From Leptolyngbyaceae cyanobacterium (GTDB taxonomy: Bacteria; Cyanobacteriota; Cyanobacteriia; Phormidesmidales; Phormidesmidaceae), in NCBI GenBank assembly GCA_965263355.1, contig CBDHHL010000056.1, positions 32,001 to 96,000 of the forward strand: 64,000 nt of DNA, written 5' to 3'. A program made the position numbers and the translations under genes. The notes below the pieces were generated by a model, which worked only from the letters and a program-made list of their open reading frames with translations, searched no databases and was not told where the DNA came from. Each line of letters begins with the position of its first letter. Within the stretch, counting starts at the first letter, position 1. This document shows, in pieces, positions 54,833-64,000 of this stretch.

Positions 54833-56821
54833 ATGTTAGCGATCTTTCCTGTAGCGAGTCTTATTTTATTAGCGCTGATCGGCTCAAAGCTTTTTGATTA
54901 CAAACGAGAAGCGCTGTTAGCGGCATTAATGGCATGGGCTGTTATTGTCACAGCTTTAACCGAGATTCTGAGCCTCGTTAGGGGATTCAATTTTATTCTT
55001 TTAACGCTGGCTTGGATATTAATAACAGCGGGTCTAGCTTTTTTTCTATGGCGGGCCTATGGCTCCAGGTTAATCAAAACAGCCCCCCGGTATTGGCTAA
55101 GCCCCTATGGGTTTATTAGTTTGCCAGTTCCCCTCAAACTTTCGACGGTGGGGATGACCCTGGCCCTTTTGGCCATCGGTGTTACTGCTGTGGTGGCGGC
55201 TCCAAACCACTCTGACTCCATGGAGTATCACCTCAGTCGGATTATGCACTGGATGCAGCATGGTAGTGTTGCTCACTATCCTAGCCATAATACATTTCAG
55301 CTGTATCAAAACCCATGGTCTGAGTTTGCGATCGCACACTTCCAACTCCTCACCCACAGCGACCGACTCAGTAACTGTATCCAGTGGGTCAGCATGATCG
55401 GCTCCATGGCAGGTATCTCCCTGATTGCCAAAGAACTCGGCGCAAACCGTAGCGGTCAGATTCTGGCCGCCATTTTTGCTGGCACCATGCCCATGGCTAT
55501 ACTACAGGGCTCTAGCACCAACAACGACCACGTAGTCGCCCTATGGATCGTCTGTTTTGTCTACTTTGCCCTGGTGACTATGGCACAAGGTCTGAGCCCC
55601 ATGCTGATCACCTGTCTGGGCACTAGCCTGGGGTTAGCAATTTTAAGTAAAGGGACCGCCTATATCTATGCCTTTCCCTTTTGCATCTGGCTATTGGTCT
55701 GGGGCATCGTGCATCTAAGATGGCGCATAGTCAAGCCCATGCTTGGATTACTCGCCATTGCCATCGCCATCAATGGCGGCCATTATCTCCGTAACCTTGG
55801 CCTATTTGGCTCACCCCTGGGGTCACCGGGGGATGAAACCGGGGCCGCCATTGGTCTCACCTATTTAATTTCCAATATAGTGAGAAACCTGGCCCTCCAT
55901 GCTGACCTGGTTAGAAATCTGCACCTGGATGGCCTGATTACCCCTACCACCGGGCTGGTCGAAAAGGCCATTGTGATTTTACACAACATTTTAGGGATAG
56001 ATCCCAGCGATCCCCTCACCACCAGTGCTAAGCATCCCAGATTTTTTGTTCCCGGCCTTTCATTTAATGAGGATAAAGCAGGCAATCCCCTACATTTGGC
56101 CATAATTCTGATTACCTCTGGGTTATTGCTGGTGAATGGTCGTCTGCGACAACGGCGACGTTTATTTCTCTACTGGTTAACCACCACCAGTAGTTTTATT
56201 CTCTTTTGCCAGTTGCTTACCTGGTCTACCTCTCGCTGTCGTCTACACTTGCCTATTTTTATTCTCTTTGCAGCCCTGGTGGGGACTGTCATTGGCAACA
56301 CCCTCAATCGTAATGTGGTTAATACTCTCACCGTTTTTTTAGTATTACTGTCGTTTCAGTGGGTATTTAATAACGAAATTCGACCGCTTACGGGTGAAAA
56401 CAATATCTTTTCCACACCCCGCTCTAGTCAATACTTTATGACCCAACCGGTCCTGGAAACAATTTATACAAATGCGGCTAACGAGATCAACAACCAAAGC
56501 TGTACCACTATTGGTATGATGTATGACAACATTTCCTTTGAATATCCCTATTGGTTATTGCTAAATGCACCTCGACGCAACTTTAAACTTCAACATATTG
56601 GTGTTACCAATGATTCTCGGATATTAGAAACAAGGCCTCGCTATCGTCAGTTTGACCCTTGTTTGGTCTTAAAAACAACGTCCCACAATTCAGAGACTCC
56701 CCTGGCAACCGAGCTAACAATCGGGGAACAACGCTACCAAGAGATCTGGCAACAAAGCGACCCAAAACTAAAGTCTATAAAATCAGTGCAGTTATTTCTC
56801 CCTGACTCCCCTGTCAACTGA
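54833..56821 (+). CDS. GT39/ArnT-like membrane glycosyltransferase
   Basis: APNHSDSMEYHLSRIMHW, STNND, KGT; many TM helices. Confidence 0.75.
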   Translation: MLAIFPVASLILLALIGSKLFDYKREALLAALMAWAVIVTALTEILSLVRGFNFILLTLAWILITAGLAFFLWRAYGSRLIKTAPRYWLSPYGFISLPVPLKLSTVGMTLALLAIGVTAVVAAPNHSDSMEYHLSRIMHWMQHGSVAHYPSHNTFQLYQNPWSEFAIAHFQLLTHSDRLSNCIQWVSMIGSMAGISLIAKELGANRSGQILAAIFAGTMPMAILQGSSTNNDHVVALWIVCFVYFALVTMAQGLSPMLITCLGTSLGLAILSKGTAYIYAFPFCIWLLVWGIVHLRWRIVKPMLGLLAIAIAINGGHYLRNLGLFGSPLGSPGDETGAAIGLTYLISNIVRNLALHADLVRNLHLDGLITPTTGLVEKAIVILHNILGIDPSDPLTTSAKHPRFFVPGLSFNEDKAGNPLHLAIILITSGLLLVNGRLRQRRRLFLYWLTTTSSFILFCQLLTWSTSRCRLHLPIFILFAALVGTVIGNTLNRNVVNTLTVFLVLLSFQWVFNNEIRPLTGENNIFSTPRSSQYFMTQPVLETIYTNAANEINNQSCTTIGMMYDNISFEYPYWLLLNAPRRNFKLQHIGVTNDSRILETRPRYRQFDPCLVLKTTSHNSETPLATELTIGEQRYQEIWQQSDPKLKSIKSVQLFLPDSPVN

Positions 56822-57661
56822 TTGACACAGGTCTATTAATGCGGTCTGACAGTCGTGGTGGATCTGTTTAGCTCGGTCTATTAATTCTGTGGGAAATGAT
56901 TGGGTAAGCTGGCGTTGCGATCGCACAATTTTGCCTGCCTTAATTTTTCCCTTGGAGTCACCCACCCCTTTCATGCCAGTAGTTTTTAGCACCTTATACT
57001 CCTCAGTAAACGGGGCCTGGGTCTGTAGGAACCGCTGCAATGTTGTTAGCACCTGTGGTGTATCATCTAGCAGTTGCTCGTAGGTAACCACCAGCATCCG
57101 CTGGGGATTGTTGATCAATCGAGCATAGTCCACCAGCATCGCCATCCGCCCAGCGTAGTATTCAATTGTATCTTGCTGCTTCCAATGGGGTTTAAGGTCC
57201 GCAATACTGGCGAGACTGCGTTCTGGCTCGCGCAACAAAAAGATGGCATAGACCTGATTAGACGTAAGAAAATTGTGGTTTAAGAACTTTTTGTTATGCA
57301 GCACCTTATCCATCACGTATTGATGGTGCATGCGTAAATTTTGCACATCCCCCAGGGTACGAAAATCTTGAGCTTGCCAGTACACCTTTTTGAGTAACTC
57401 CCTAAAGTCGCTGGCATCGGTATAGTTGGTGTGGGTTTCACCGTAGCCGATCACCTCAGGATTTGTGGTGAGTAGATGGGTGAGTAGCGACGACCCAGAC
57501 CGCATATGGCTTAGCAGTAGCAAAAATCGATAGGGTTTGGCCCGAAATGCCACCTTGTAAGGCTGATTTGCTGACTCAATGCGATAGCTAAAGTACTTTT
57601 GCACTAAATCATTTTTAGATTCGCGAACCCGCTGTCGCCACTGACCTAATACTGACCCCAT
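56792..57661 (-). CDS. Sulfotransferase family protein
   Basis: SHMRSGSSLL (5'-PSB-like), LLREPERSLAS, TYEQLL. Confidence 0.8.
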   Translation of the reverse strand: MGSVLGQWRQRVRESKNDLVQKYFSYRIESANQPYKVAFRAKPYRFLLLLSHMRSGSSLLTHLLTTNPEVIGYGETHTNYTDASDFRELLKKVYWQAQDFRTLGDVQNLRMHHQYVMDKVLHNKKFLNHNFLTSNQVYAIFLLREPERSLASIADLKPHWKQQDTIEYYAGRMAMLVDYARLINNPQRMLVVTYEQLLDDTPQVLTTLQRFLQTQAPFTEEYKVLKTTGMKGVGDSKGKIKAGKIVRSQRQLTQSFPTELIDRAKQIHHDCQTALIDLCQSVDRGVREK

Positions 57662-57789
57662 AGGTATTACTAATAAAATTAAAAAATTAAATACGCTAGC
57701 TATACGTTACCCCATGGTATCTGGCAGAGAACAGAAACGTTCCCTATTCCCTGTGGGAAGGCTATGCCAACGACTTCGCTCAGGGAGCA

Positions 57790-58560
57790 TCACTCTGAGA
57801 CTAGTACGATAGCACCATTCTGCAATTGAGGGGAGGCCGCATCCTCTACGGTAATCGCCATTTTGGCAACTGCCCCAGGACGACGATGCACGGCAGGAAT
57901 AGTGAGCTTTGTGCCCACATCGCCTTGGGCATTAACTCGAAAAACATCTGCTAAAATTGCCCCATTATCGTTGGTGGTAACCGGCACAGTCTGCTCAGGT
58001 AATGTCCATACTGCATAGACTTTGTCAGCTGGCAACGGGATAAGCTTTTGAGCCGTTAGTTCAGCCTCCAAGGTAGTGGGGTTGATGACAATTGAAGCTG
58101 TCCCTGGATCAGTGGGTTCTGGACTGGCTAGAGAATAGGTTAATAGCTCAGCATTTCCTACATTCAACTGGGATGAATTTGCCCGTTCTGCGGTCAAGTC
58201 TTGCCGCAGGCGATAGTTGTTAACCCCTAAAGCAACAACCAGGACAGCTGCGATCGCATTGCCCACCAGGGGCCAAGAAAAACGCCTATTACGTAGTGAC
58301 GTAGGAGCAGAAAGCCTTTGGGGCTTAGTAGGACGCTGGCTAGACTCTAAAACCCTTGAACGCAGTGTCGGAGGAGGCGTTACCTCGGTAATGTCTTGGG
58401 CAAATTCTGAGGCATCCTGCAAGTCAGCAACGTCTTCTAACAGTGAGGGATTCTCCTCAATCAGACGGGTCAATTCCGCAGCTTCATCAGAACTGAGATT
58501 GCCAAGCACGTAGCCCGCGACCAATAGTTGTATTCGTTCTGAAGGCGTTATCTGACTCAT
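57790..58560 (-). CDS. Anti-sigma factor (RskA-like)
   Basis: AGYVLGNL, PPPTLRSRV, one TM, YAVW, AITVE. Confidence 0.85.
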   Translation of the reverse strand: MSQITPSERIQLLVAGYVLGNLSSDEAAELTRLIEENPSLLEDVADLQDASEFAQDITEVTPPPTLRSRVLESSQRPTKPQRLSAPTSLRNRRFSWPLVGNAIAAVLVVALGVNNYRLRQDLTAERANSSQLNVGNAELLTYSLASPEPTDPGTASIVINPTTLEAELTAQKLIPLPADKVYAVWTLPEQTVPVTTNDNGAILADVFRVNAQGDVGTKLTIPAVHRRPGAVAKMAITVEDAASPQLQNGAIVLVSE

Positions 58561-59159
58561 GGAAATTGACGTTCAGTCTCCTCTTTTAAAATTTGCCTTA
58601 GTCTTAATAGACCTCGTCGCGCTCTACCTTTAACCGTCGTTAACGGTATGTTTAATCGTTTAGCGATATTGGGTTGACTGACACCCTCGTAATATATAAG
58701 TTTAAGCACCTGCTGTTGATTTTCTGGCAGTTGAGCTAAGGCATCATAAACTTCCTGGGATTGTTCGGATTGAAACAGATAGTCTAAAGGCAAATTATTA
58801 CTTGCATCCTGACGCTGCACCGGGTCTCGTTCTTGCAAAATTCGGGTTCGGTTTGTGCGCGATCTCAACCGATCAATTGCCCTGGAGCGAGTTAACACAG
58901 CGAGAAAGGTTCTGAGGGAGCTGCGCGTTGGATCATAGGACGAGGCCTTAGCTAAATGTAGGAAAATATCATGGGCTAAATCCTCGGCTTCTTGGGGATC
59001 GCACAAAGTCTTAAGGGCCACACCATACACTAATCCAGCATGGCGATCATACAAAGCCCCTAGCGCTGCCGTATTTCCCGCTTGTAACGCTAAGACGAGA
59101 TCTACATCTGACTGTGTCTGTAAAAAGTCTGCTTGAATGCTAGGGTCTTTAGAGGGCAT
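58557..59159 (-). CDS. ECF RNA polymerase sigma factor (SigK-like)
   Basis: ALGALYDRH, EAEDL, RSRAIDRLR, TVKGRARRGL; 4-bp overlap with the anti-sigma gene. Confidence 0.92.
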   Translation of the reverse strand: MPSKDPSIQADFLQTQSDVDLVLALQAGNTAALGALYDRHAGLVYGVALKTLCDPQEAEDLAHDIFLHLAKASSYDPTRSSLRTFLAVLTRSRAIDRLRSRTNRTRILQERDPVQRQDASNNLPLDYLFQSEQSQEVYDALAQLPENQQQVLKLIYYEGVSQPNIAKRLNIPLTTVKGRARRGLLRLRQILKEETERQFP

Positions 59160-59258
59160 AGCGCACCTAGTCTTTGGCCAGTGTCTTTGTTAAAACACTG
59201 CTGACAAAATCTTGCCAATACAGTTCGATATTCCTACACAAACCCATCAATTGGTGAA

Positions 59259-59323
59259 CAACTTTACAGAAAGTTAACACAATCAACAGTTTTAACTCAG
59301 TTTGTAAGTTTTCTGTAAAGTTG
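59259..59323. promoter_or_regulatory. 14-bp perfect inverted repeat in divergent promoter
   Basis: CAACTTTACAGAAA (59259-59272) and TTTCTGTAAAGTTG (59310-59323). Confidence 0.6.
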
Positions 59324-59460
59324 CCCTAAAAAAGTCTCCTTTGTAAACCCTCAGCCGTACCGAAACTGACAACTGCAGATCACAGTCGGTGCGCTAGCTC
59401 GGCAGGCCTGCTTCAGGCTGACATATTTCCTCTCCTTGAATTGGGATTTTAGTCACACAT

Positions 59461-60174
59461 ATGAACAAACTCAGATTTCCATGGCTAGCAATTGCTACAG
59501 GGCTCAGCCTCGCCTTAGTCGCTAAACCTGGCCATACAGCAACTTTTACAGAGGCTCAAGATACAGGCGAGAACCTGAATACTGCTGTTTCAATAACATC
59601 AGAACAGACATCTCCCCTGGAATCGATCTCAGGTTTACTCTCAGGAGATGCGGATCTGTTTCAAATTTTTCTGACCGGTGGTCAACAGTTTTCTGCGACC
59701 ACCATCAATGCTGATACGCTGTTGGGTCTACCCATTGATACGGCATTAGGCATTCCTAACGATTTACTAGGGGACCCACAATTATTTCTATTTGATGCTT
59801 TTGGTAATGGGGTTTACGCCAATGATGACAGCTTGGGGTCATCCCAAGCAACCTTACCATCCCTAAGCTTATCCCCCGTTGAGTCTGGCATTTATTTCCT
59901 AGGTATCTCTGGTTTTGGCCTCAATCCAATTAGTGCCGGGGGAGACATTTTTCCTGATGATCCTGACGTTGTTGGTCCTACGGGTCCAGGCGGTGACGCG
60001 CCTCTAATTGGCTTTGCTGGTGAAAGCACTAGTCGTGGGCGCTACACCATTACCCTGACAGGTGCCCAAACCATAGCAGCGCCAGTACCTGAACCGACAT
60101 CGGTATTGAGCCTATTGGCCTTGACCTGCCTAGGTTTATTTTCTCGCATGCGTAAAACACTTATAAAACTTTAA
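59461..60174 (+). CDS. PEP-CTERM sorting domain protein (DVUA0089-like)
   Basis: Signal peptide, DPQLFLFD..NDD, C-terminal VPEPTS + TM + RMRK. Confidence 0.88.
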   Translation: MNKLRFPWLAIATGLSLALVAKPGHTATFTEAQDTGENLNTAVSITSEQTSPLESISGLLSGDADLFQIFLTGGQQFSATTINADTLLGLPIDTALGIPNDLLGDPQLFLFDAFGNGVYANDDSLGSSQATLPSLSLSPVESGIYFLGISGFGLNPISAGGDIFPDDPDVVGPTGPGGDAPLIGFAGESTSRGRYTITLTGAQTIAAPVPEPTSVLSLLALTCLGLFSRMRKTLIKL

Positions 60175-60187
60175 GGAGACATTAAAT

Positions 60188-61420
60188 ATGTGGAATAGTT
60201 TGACACGATTCACGGCATCGTTGAAAAAGACAATCGGTTTAACCAGTGTGTTATTGGGGTTGACGCTGCTTGGTGGAACCGTCTATGTGCATGCATCTGA
60301 CCACGATGACGGTGAAACAGAAATCAAGGGACGCAACCTAAATCTGACTGATTTATATGTGTTTCGGGAAAGCGATCAGAATCCCACTGCCTCGCCTGGA
60401 AATTTGGTTTTTATTATGAATTCCAATCCCCGTTCCCTGGCACGACAGCAATATTATTTCAGTACCCGAGCCCGCTACGAATTTAAGGTATCCCAGGTTG
60501 ACAATAACAATGCTACCCCTACCGGGAAGGCCGATGTTACCCTCCGCTTTGAGTTTGATCCCCCTGATGCCTCGAATCAACAAGAATTTACGGTGACGGC
60601 CATCAAAAATGGCCGCACTATGACGGCTAAGGGACAAACCACTCCCATCAGTGATGAACCGTTAGTCAATAATGTCTCTTTGGGCAATTCAAGTCTCAAG
60701 GTATTTGCGGGTCTACGGGAAGATCCCTTTTTCTTCGACGTTGAGCAATTCTTCCGGGTACGCGCAGGTGCACTCGGTATTGGTCCAGCCGTCGGCTTTC
60801 GGTCTCCTAGCGCGGCATTGGATTTTGCCCGTGGCTATAATGTTAATGCGATCGCACTCCAAGTCCCCATCTCCTTTTTACAAGGGTCCAGCGGAGCCAC
60901 CACATTCGACGTTTGGCAAACTGTTTCGCTCCCTGCTGGTAAGGGCAAGTTTAACCAGATAGAGCGATTGGGCCGCCCCGGTATTAACGAAGGATTAATT
61001 GTCACTAACGATTTTCTAAACACCTTAAACAGCGTCGGTCCCGATTTTGAAGCTGCTGCCCTAGCTGGGCAACAACCTGCAGCCAATGCCGCCGGTCCCA
61101 TTGTTGCAGAGGCTAAACAAACCCTACTGGCGTTAGGCAACAATGACAGCCGAGCAGATGCGCTACTGGGGGCATTTTTACCGGATGTCATGCGCATTGA
61201 CACCACCGGCCCCAGTGGTTATGCCAATGCGCTCAATTCGAGCGGTAGCCCAATTCGAGGCCGACTCCTTGAGGATGATGTTATTGATATTACCCTCTCT
61301 GTTTTAACAAACGGTGCGGTAACTAGCGACAATGTTTCCTATGCAGGCACACCGGGTAATCCGGCCACAGGCCATCAGCCATTAATTGAAGACTTTCCCT
61401 ATTTAGCGCCGCCTAACTAG
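60188..61420 (+). CDS. DUF4331 domain secreted protein
   Basis: ASDHDD, TDLYVF, VFAGLREDPFFFD, ERLGRP, GRLLEDDVID, FPYLAPP. Confidence 0.88.
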   Translation: MWNSLTRFTASLKKTIGLTSVLLGLTLLGGTVYVHASDHDDGETEIKGRNLNLTDLYVFRESDQNPTASPGNLVFIMNSNPRSLARQQYYFSTRARYEFKVSQVDNNNATPTGKADVTLRFEFDPPDASNQQEFTVTAIKNGRTMTAKGQTTPISDEPLVNNVSLGNSSLKVFAGLREDPFFFDVEQFFRVRAGALGIGPAVGFRSPSAALDFARGYNVNAIALQVPISFLQGSSGATTFDVWQTVSLPAGKGKFNQIERLGRPGINEGLIVTNDFLNTLNSVGPDFEAAALAGQQPAANAAGPIVAEAKQTLLALGNNDSRADALLGAFLPDVMRIDTTGPSGYANALNSSGSPIRGRLLEDDVIDITLSVLTNGAVTSDNVSYAGTPGNPATGHQPLIEDFPYLAPPN

Positions 61421-61435
61421 GGCATGGTTGTCCCA

Positions 61436-61560
61436 CCCCGGTAGGGGCATTGCATGCTACGAGATATGTGTACACGGTAGCCCTACCGGGGGAAACCACA
61501 GGGGTATTGCAAAATTGTGAATATCAGTCTGACCCATGTGTACACAGTCCTAGAACCCTT
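61436..61560. repeat. REP-like GTAGGG...CCCTAC element with duplicated ATGTGTACAC
   Basis: ccggtagggg...ccctaccgg inverted pair; atgtgtacac occurs twice. Confidence 0.5.
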
Positions 61561-61697
61561 GGAAAAATATCGAGGATATCCCTAACCGCCTATTTGGTTA
61601 CCCGGCGAGGCGATTTAGAATTTTGCGCACTGCGACAAAATTCTAAAAAGAACAGTTATCCAAATTTCTGTTAGGCAAAATAGCCATAATCAAAACC

Positions 61698-63017
61698 ATG
61701 AGCTTAATCTTTAACAGACCCTTAGCCAACTGCTCAAGACTCTCTAGTCGTCCAGCGACGCTGTTACTTGCTGCATTACTGACCGTCCCTCTGGGAGGGT
61801 ACTTGCTAAAAGCATCAAGCTTACAACAAGAAACATATGCTTATCCCTTCTTGTCAAACAACAGCAATCAAGAAACGATAGAAAGACGTATTTCCTTCTA
61901 TCAAAACCGGGTTCAGCAAAATCCAGACGGGGGATTGGACCAGGCGTTTCTTGCCAACGCATATCTCAAAATGGCCCAGGCCAGGGATCATGAAGGTTGG
62001 TTGTTAAAGGCAGAACAAACTGCCCTGCAATCCCTTGAAAACCTGCCTTTCAACAATGACGGTGCGATTCTGGTTCTAGCTAAGATTGCCGAGGCTAACC
62101 ACAATTTTACAGAAGCGATTCGTCTGGCAGAACAGGCCTCTGGAGAAGAAGCCCTGGCCACGATTGTGACAGCTAAACTAGCCATGGGTCAAGGGCAGGA
62201 AGCGAATGCGATCGCAAATACCCTGGTGGACCTGAGTCCCTCCCTTGGCAGTCTCACGCTACGAGCATTGACCTGGGTCGCGCAGGGAGAGCATGACGTC
62301 GCTCTGCAAGACTTTCAGCAGGCAATCTCAGCAGAAGAACCGTCGGAAGAAAGGGGATCTGCCTGGGTCAGAACTCTGCTGGGAGATTTTTATTTTAAGC
62401 AGGGGCATCCCACTCTAGCGAAAGCGCTTTATCAAGAGGCGTTACAAATTGTTCCAGATTATCCACTAGCGCTCTTGCATCTGGCCGAACTTGAAACCCA
62501 GCAAGGACACTTCCGACTGGCTCAACGGTATTACTCTCAGATGGGCTATGATCCAGTCGCACTCCACGGGATTGCTCGCATTAAAGAACTTCAGGGACAA
62601 GCGGCGGAACAATCGTGGCAAGTGGCTGAAGCAACCATGCGCCACCAGCTCGATCACCACACATCGGGGCATCGTCGTGACCTGGCTCATTTGCTGTTAG
62701 AACGAGGTAATCCAGGCGATATACCAGAAGCAATTTCCCTGATGCAGGCTGAGGCCAATACCCGACAAGATGCTGATACCCTGGCTCTGCTGGCTTGGGC
62801 GCTCTCTAGAGAAAATCGTTGGCAAGAAGCCCAACAAACGATCCAAACGGCTCTGGCGTTAGGCGTTCAGGATGCCAGCCTATTCTATCGAGCAGGCACA
62901 ATTGAAGCTGCTTTAGACAACTCAACTCAAGCTGAACAATACTTTCGTCTGGCCCAGGAAACAAATCCATTGTTCAACAAACAAACGTATCAAAGACTCG
63001 GATTCGTGGCTCACTAA
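61698..63017 (+). CDS. Tetratricopeptide repeat protein with N-terminal anchor
   Basis: Repeated TPR helices; typical DUF4331 neighbour. Confidence 0.85.
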   Translation: MSLIFNRPLANCSRLSSRPATLLLAALLTVPLGGYLLKASSLQQETYAYPFLSNNSNQETIERRISFYQNRVQQNPDGGLDQAFLANAYLKMAQARDHEGWLLKAEQTALQSLENLPFNNDGAILVLAKIAEANHNFTEAIRLAEQASGEEALATIVTAKLAMGQGQEANAIANTLVDLSPSLGSLTLRALTWVAQGEHDVALQDFQQAISAEEPSEERGSAWVRTLLGDFYFKQGHPTLAKALYQEALQIVPDYPLALLHLAELETQQGHFRLAQRYYSQMGYDPVALHGIARIKELQGQAAEQSWQVAEATMRHQLDHHTSGHRRDLAHLLLERGNPGDIPEAISLMQAEANTRQDADTLALLAWALSRENRWQEAQQTIQTALALGVQDASLFYRAGTIEAALDNSTQAEQYFRLAQETNPLFNKQTYQRLGFVAH

Positions 63018-63039
63018 TTATCTCTACTGATCTACCACC

Positions 63040-63243
63040 ATGATAAAAATACGCCGTTCTAGATTGCTCAGCCTATTTATGGGCGCAGGGACCGTACTAT
63101 CTGTTCCCAACAACCTACCGGCCCAAGAAACTTTTGGTTTGTCATCTACACCAATCACCCCGATTTGCTACATGCAACTTGAAAGCGATGAGATTGTGAA
63201 TTTAGAGAAACTATGTGAATTACCCGCTGAAAATCCGTGCTAA
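63040..63243 (+). CDS. Small secreted hypothetical protein, possibly truncated by the adjacent IS remnant
   Basis: Signal peptide, CYMQLESDEIVNLEKLC. Confidence 0.55.
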   Translation: MIKIRRSRLLSLFMGAGTVLSVPNNLPAQETFGLSSTPITPICYMQLESDEIVNLEKLCELPAENPC

Positions 63244-63483
63244 GGTTAATTCTTCCTCTAAAGCCGCTTCAAGGGTCGTTTTAACCGCACTGACAACTGC
63301 GGTGCGAAGGGTGTCCTCTAGCGCTGTATCCAGTTCTGGATGGAAACTGCTGGTTTTGACTCGTAAGATTTGTGCTTCCCGGTCTTGGATCGTCATACGT
63401 AGGCACCCTTAATGGCTGTAAGTCACTACTTTGAACCATTTAAGCCGACACTAGGCAATGGCGAAAACCTCGTGACACTAACC
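63220..63483 (-). mobile_element. IS256-family remnant (left end + transposase N-terminus)
   Basis: Minus ORF 63396-63220 MTIQDREAQILRVKTS..TLEAALEEEL; end GGTTAGTGTCACGAGGTTTT. Confidence 0.65.
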
Positions 63484-63694
63484 GCCCTGCGGTCTTGTGG
63501 CGTAAACAGAGTTTTGGAGCCAATAGCCAATAGGGGAGTCAGTTTGTGGCCCGGATGATGACTACCGTCACCAGCTTAAAGGCTCAGCAACGTTCAATTT
63601 TTGACTTCCTGAGCGATGCTGTAAAAGCTTCTCGTCATGGTTCTCCTGTGCCTTCATTGATACCTGAAGGAGACTGACCCTCCTGAATCTTTAC
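63483..63694 (+). mobile_element. IS66-family remnant (transposase C-terminus with internal stop + right end)
   Basis: RPAVLWRKQSFGANSQ*GSQFVARMMTTVTSLKAQQR..PSLIP; terminal CCTGAATCTTTAC. Confidence 0.82.
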
Positions 63695-63784
63695 ATTAGA
63701 GAAGTATGTTCTCAATGGCCATGAGATGGATGAGAGTAATACATAGGTCAGTGCAATTCTTTTATCTCCCATAGGACAAAACTT

Positions 63785-64000
63785 TTACGCCTCACTTCCC
63801 GCCAGAGCTGGCTCATTCAACGCCCCACGCATGTAGCCTAACCACTCAATCAAATTCTCCAGTTGCTTATCCGGTTTCACTGCCCCCAAACCACGTACGG
63901 TCACCTTACCCGATGCATACACAAACCGTGATTTCAAATGTCCGGGTACTTTATCGTGGAGTAACTTCCAGGCCGGAGCCTCCATGGGTGTTTCCATCAC
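63785..64000 (-). CDS. C-terminal part of a hypothetical protein running off the window
   Basis: Open frame to the window edge. Confidence 0.45.
   Translation of the reverse strand: MMETPMEAPAWKLLHDKVPGHLKSRFVYASGKVTVRGLGAVKPDKQLENLIEWLGYMRGALNEPALAGSEA

Noticed and set aside
59340..59450. Riboswitch or ncRNA in the PEP-CTERM leader
   Set aside because: Some pairing potential but no recognisable family consensus

Overview
A 64 kb chromosomal segment from a filamentous-type cyanobacterium. Evidence: dense HIP1 GCGATCGC sites (often TGCGATCGCA), petF, trxC, bvdR, sqdBX and a phycobilisome linker; Leptolyngbyaceae-like is an inference. It holds the sulfolipid genes sqdB-sqdX followed by an AT-rich acyltransferase-3 gene, and an oxidative/electrophile-stress neighbourhood (katG with a PerR/Fur-like box, an atypical peroxiredoxin, GST, PNPOx-like, VOC, TetR, Dps). 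It also has three tandem divergent petF ferredoxins, housekeeping genes (comB, glcE, ribD, bioF, trxC), a TPR-CHAT protein and an ATP-dependent DNA ligase. At the right end, an 11 kb surface/regulatory block (HD protein, GT39-like, sulfotransferase, ECF sigma/anti-sigma, PEP-CTERM, DUF4331, TPR) is bracketed by same-strand IS66 remnants. The most notable signals are: (1) a 985-aa phycobilisome rod-type linker built from four tandem linker domains, with no chromophore domain and an HLR1-like promoter; (2) a dispersed 71-bp hairpin/MITE-like repeat family; (3) the ferredoxin triplet; (4) apparent pseudo-enzymes (Prx, NYN); (5) a cluster of internally deleted pseudogenes. No rRNA, tRNA or CRISPR array was recognised. 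All family assignments come from motif recognition, not database searches.
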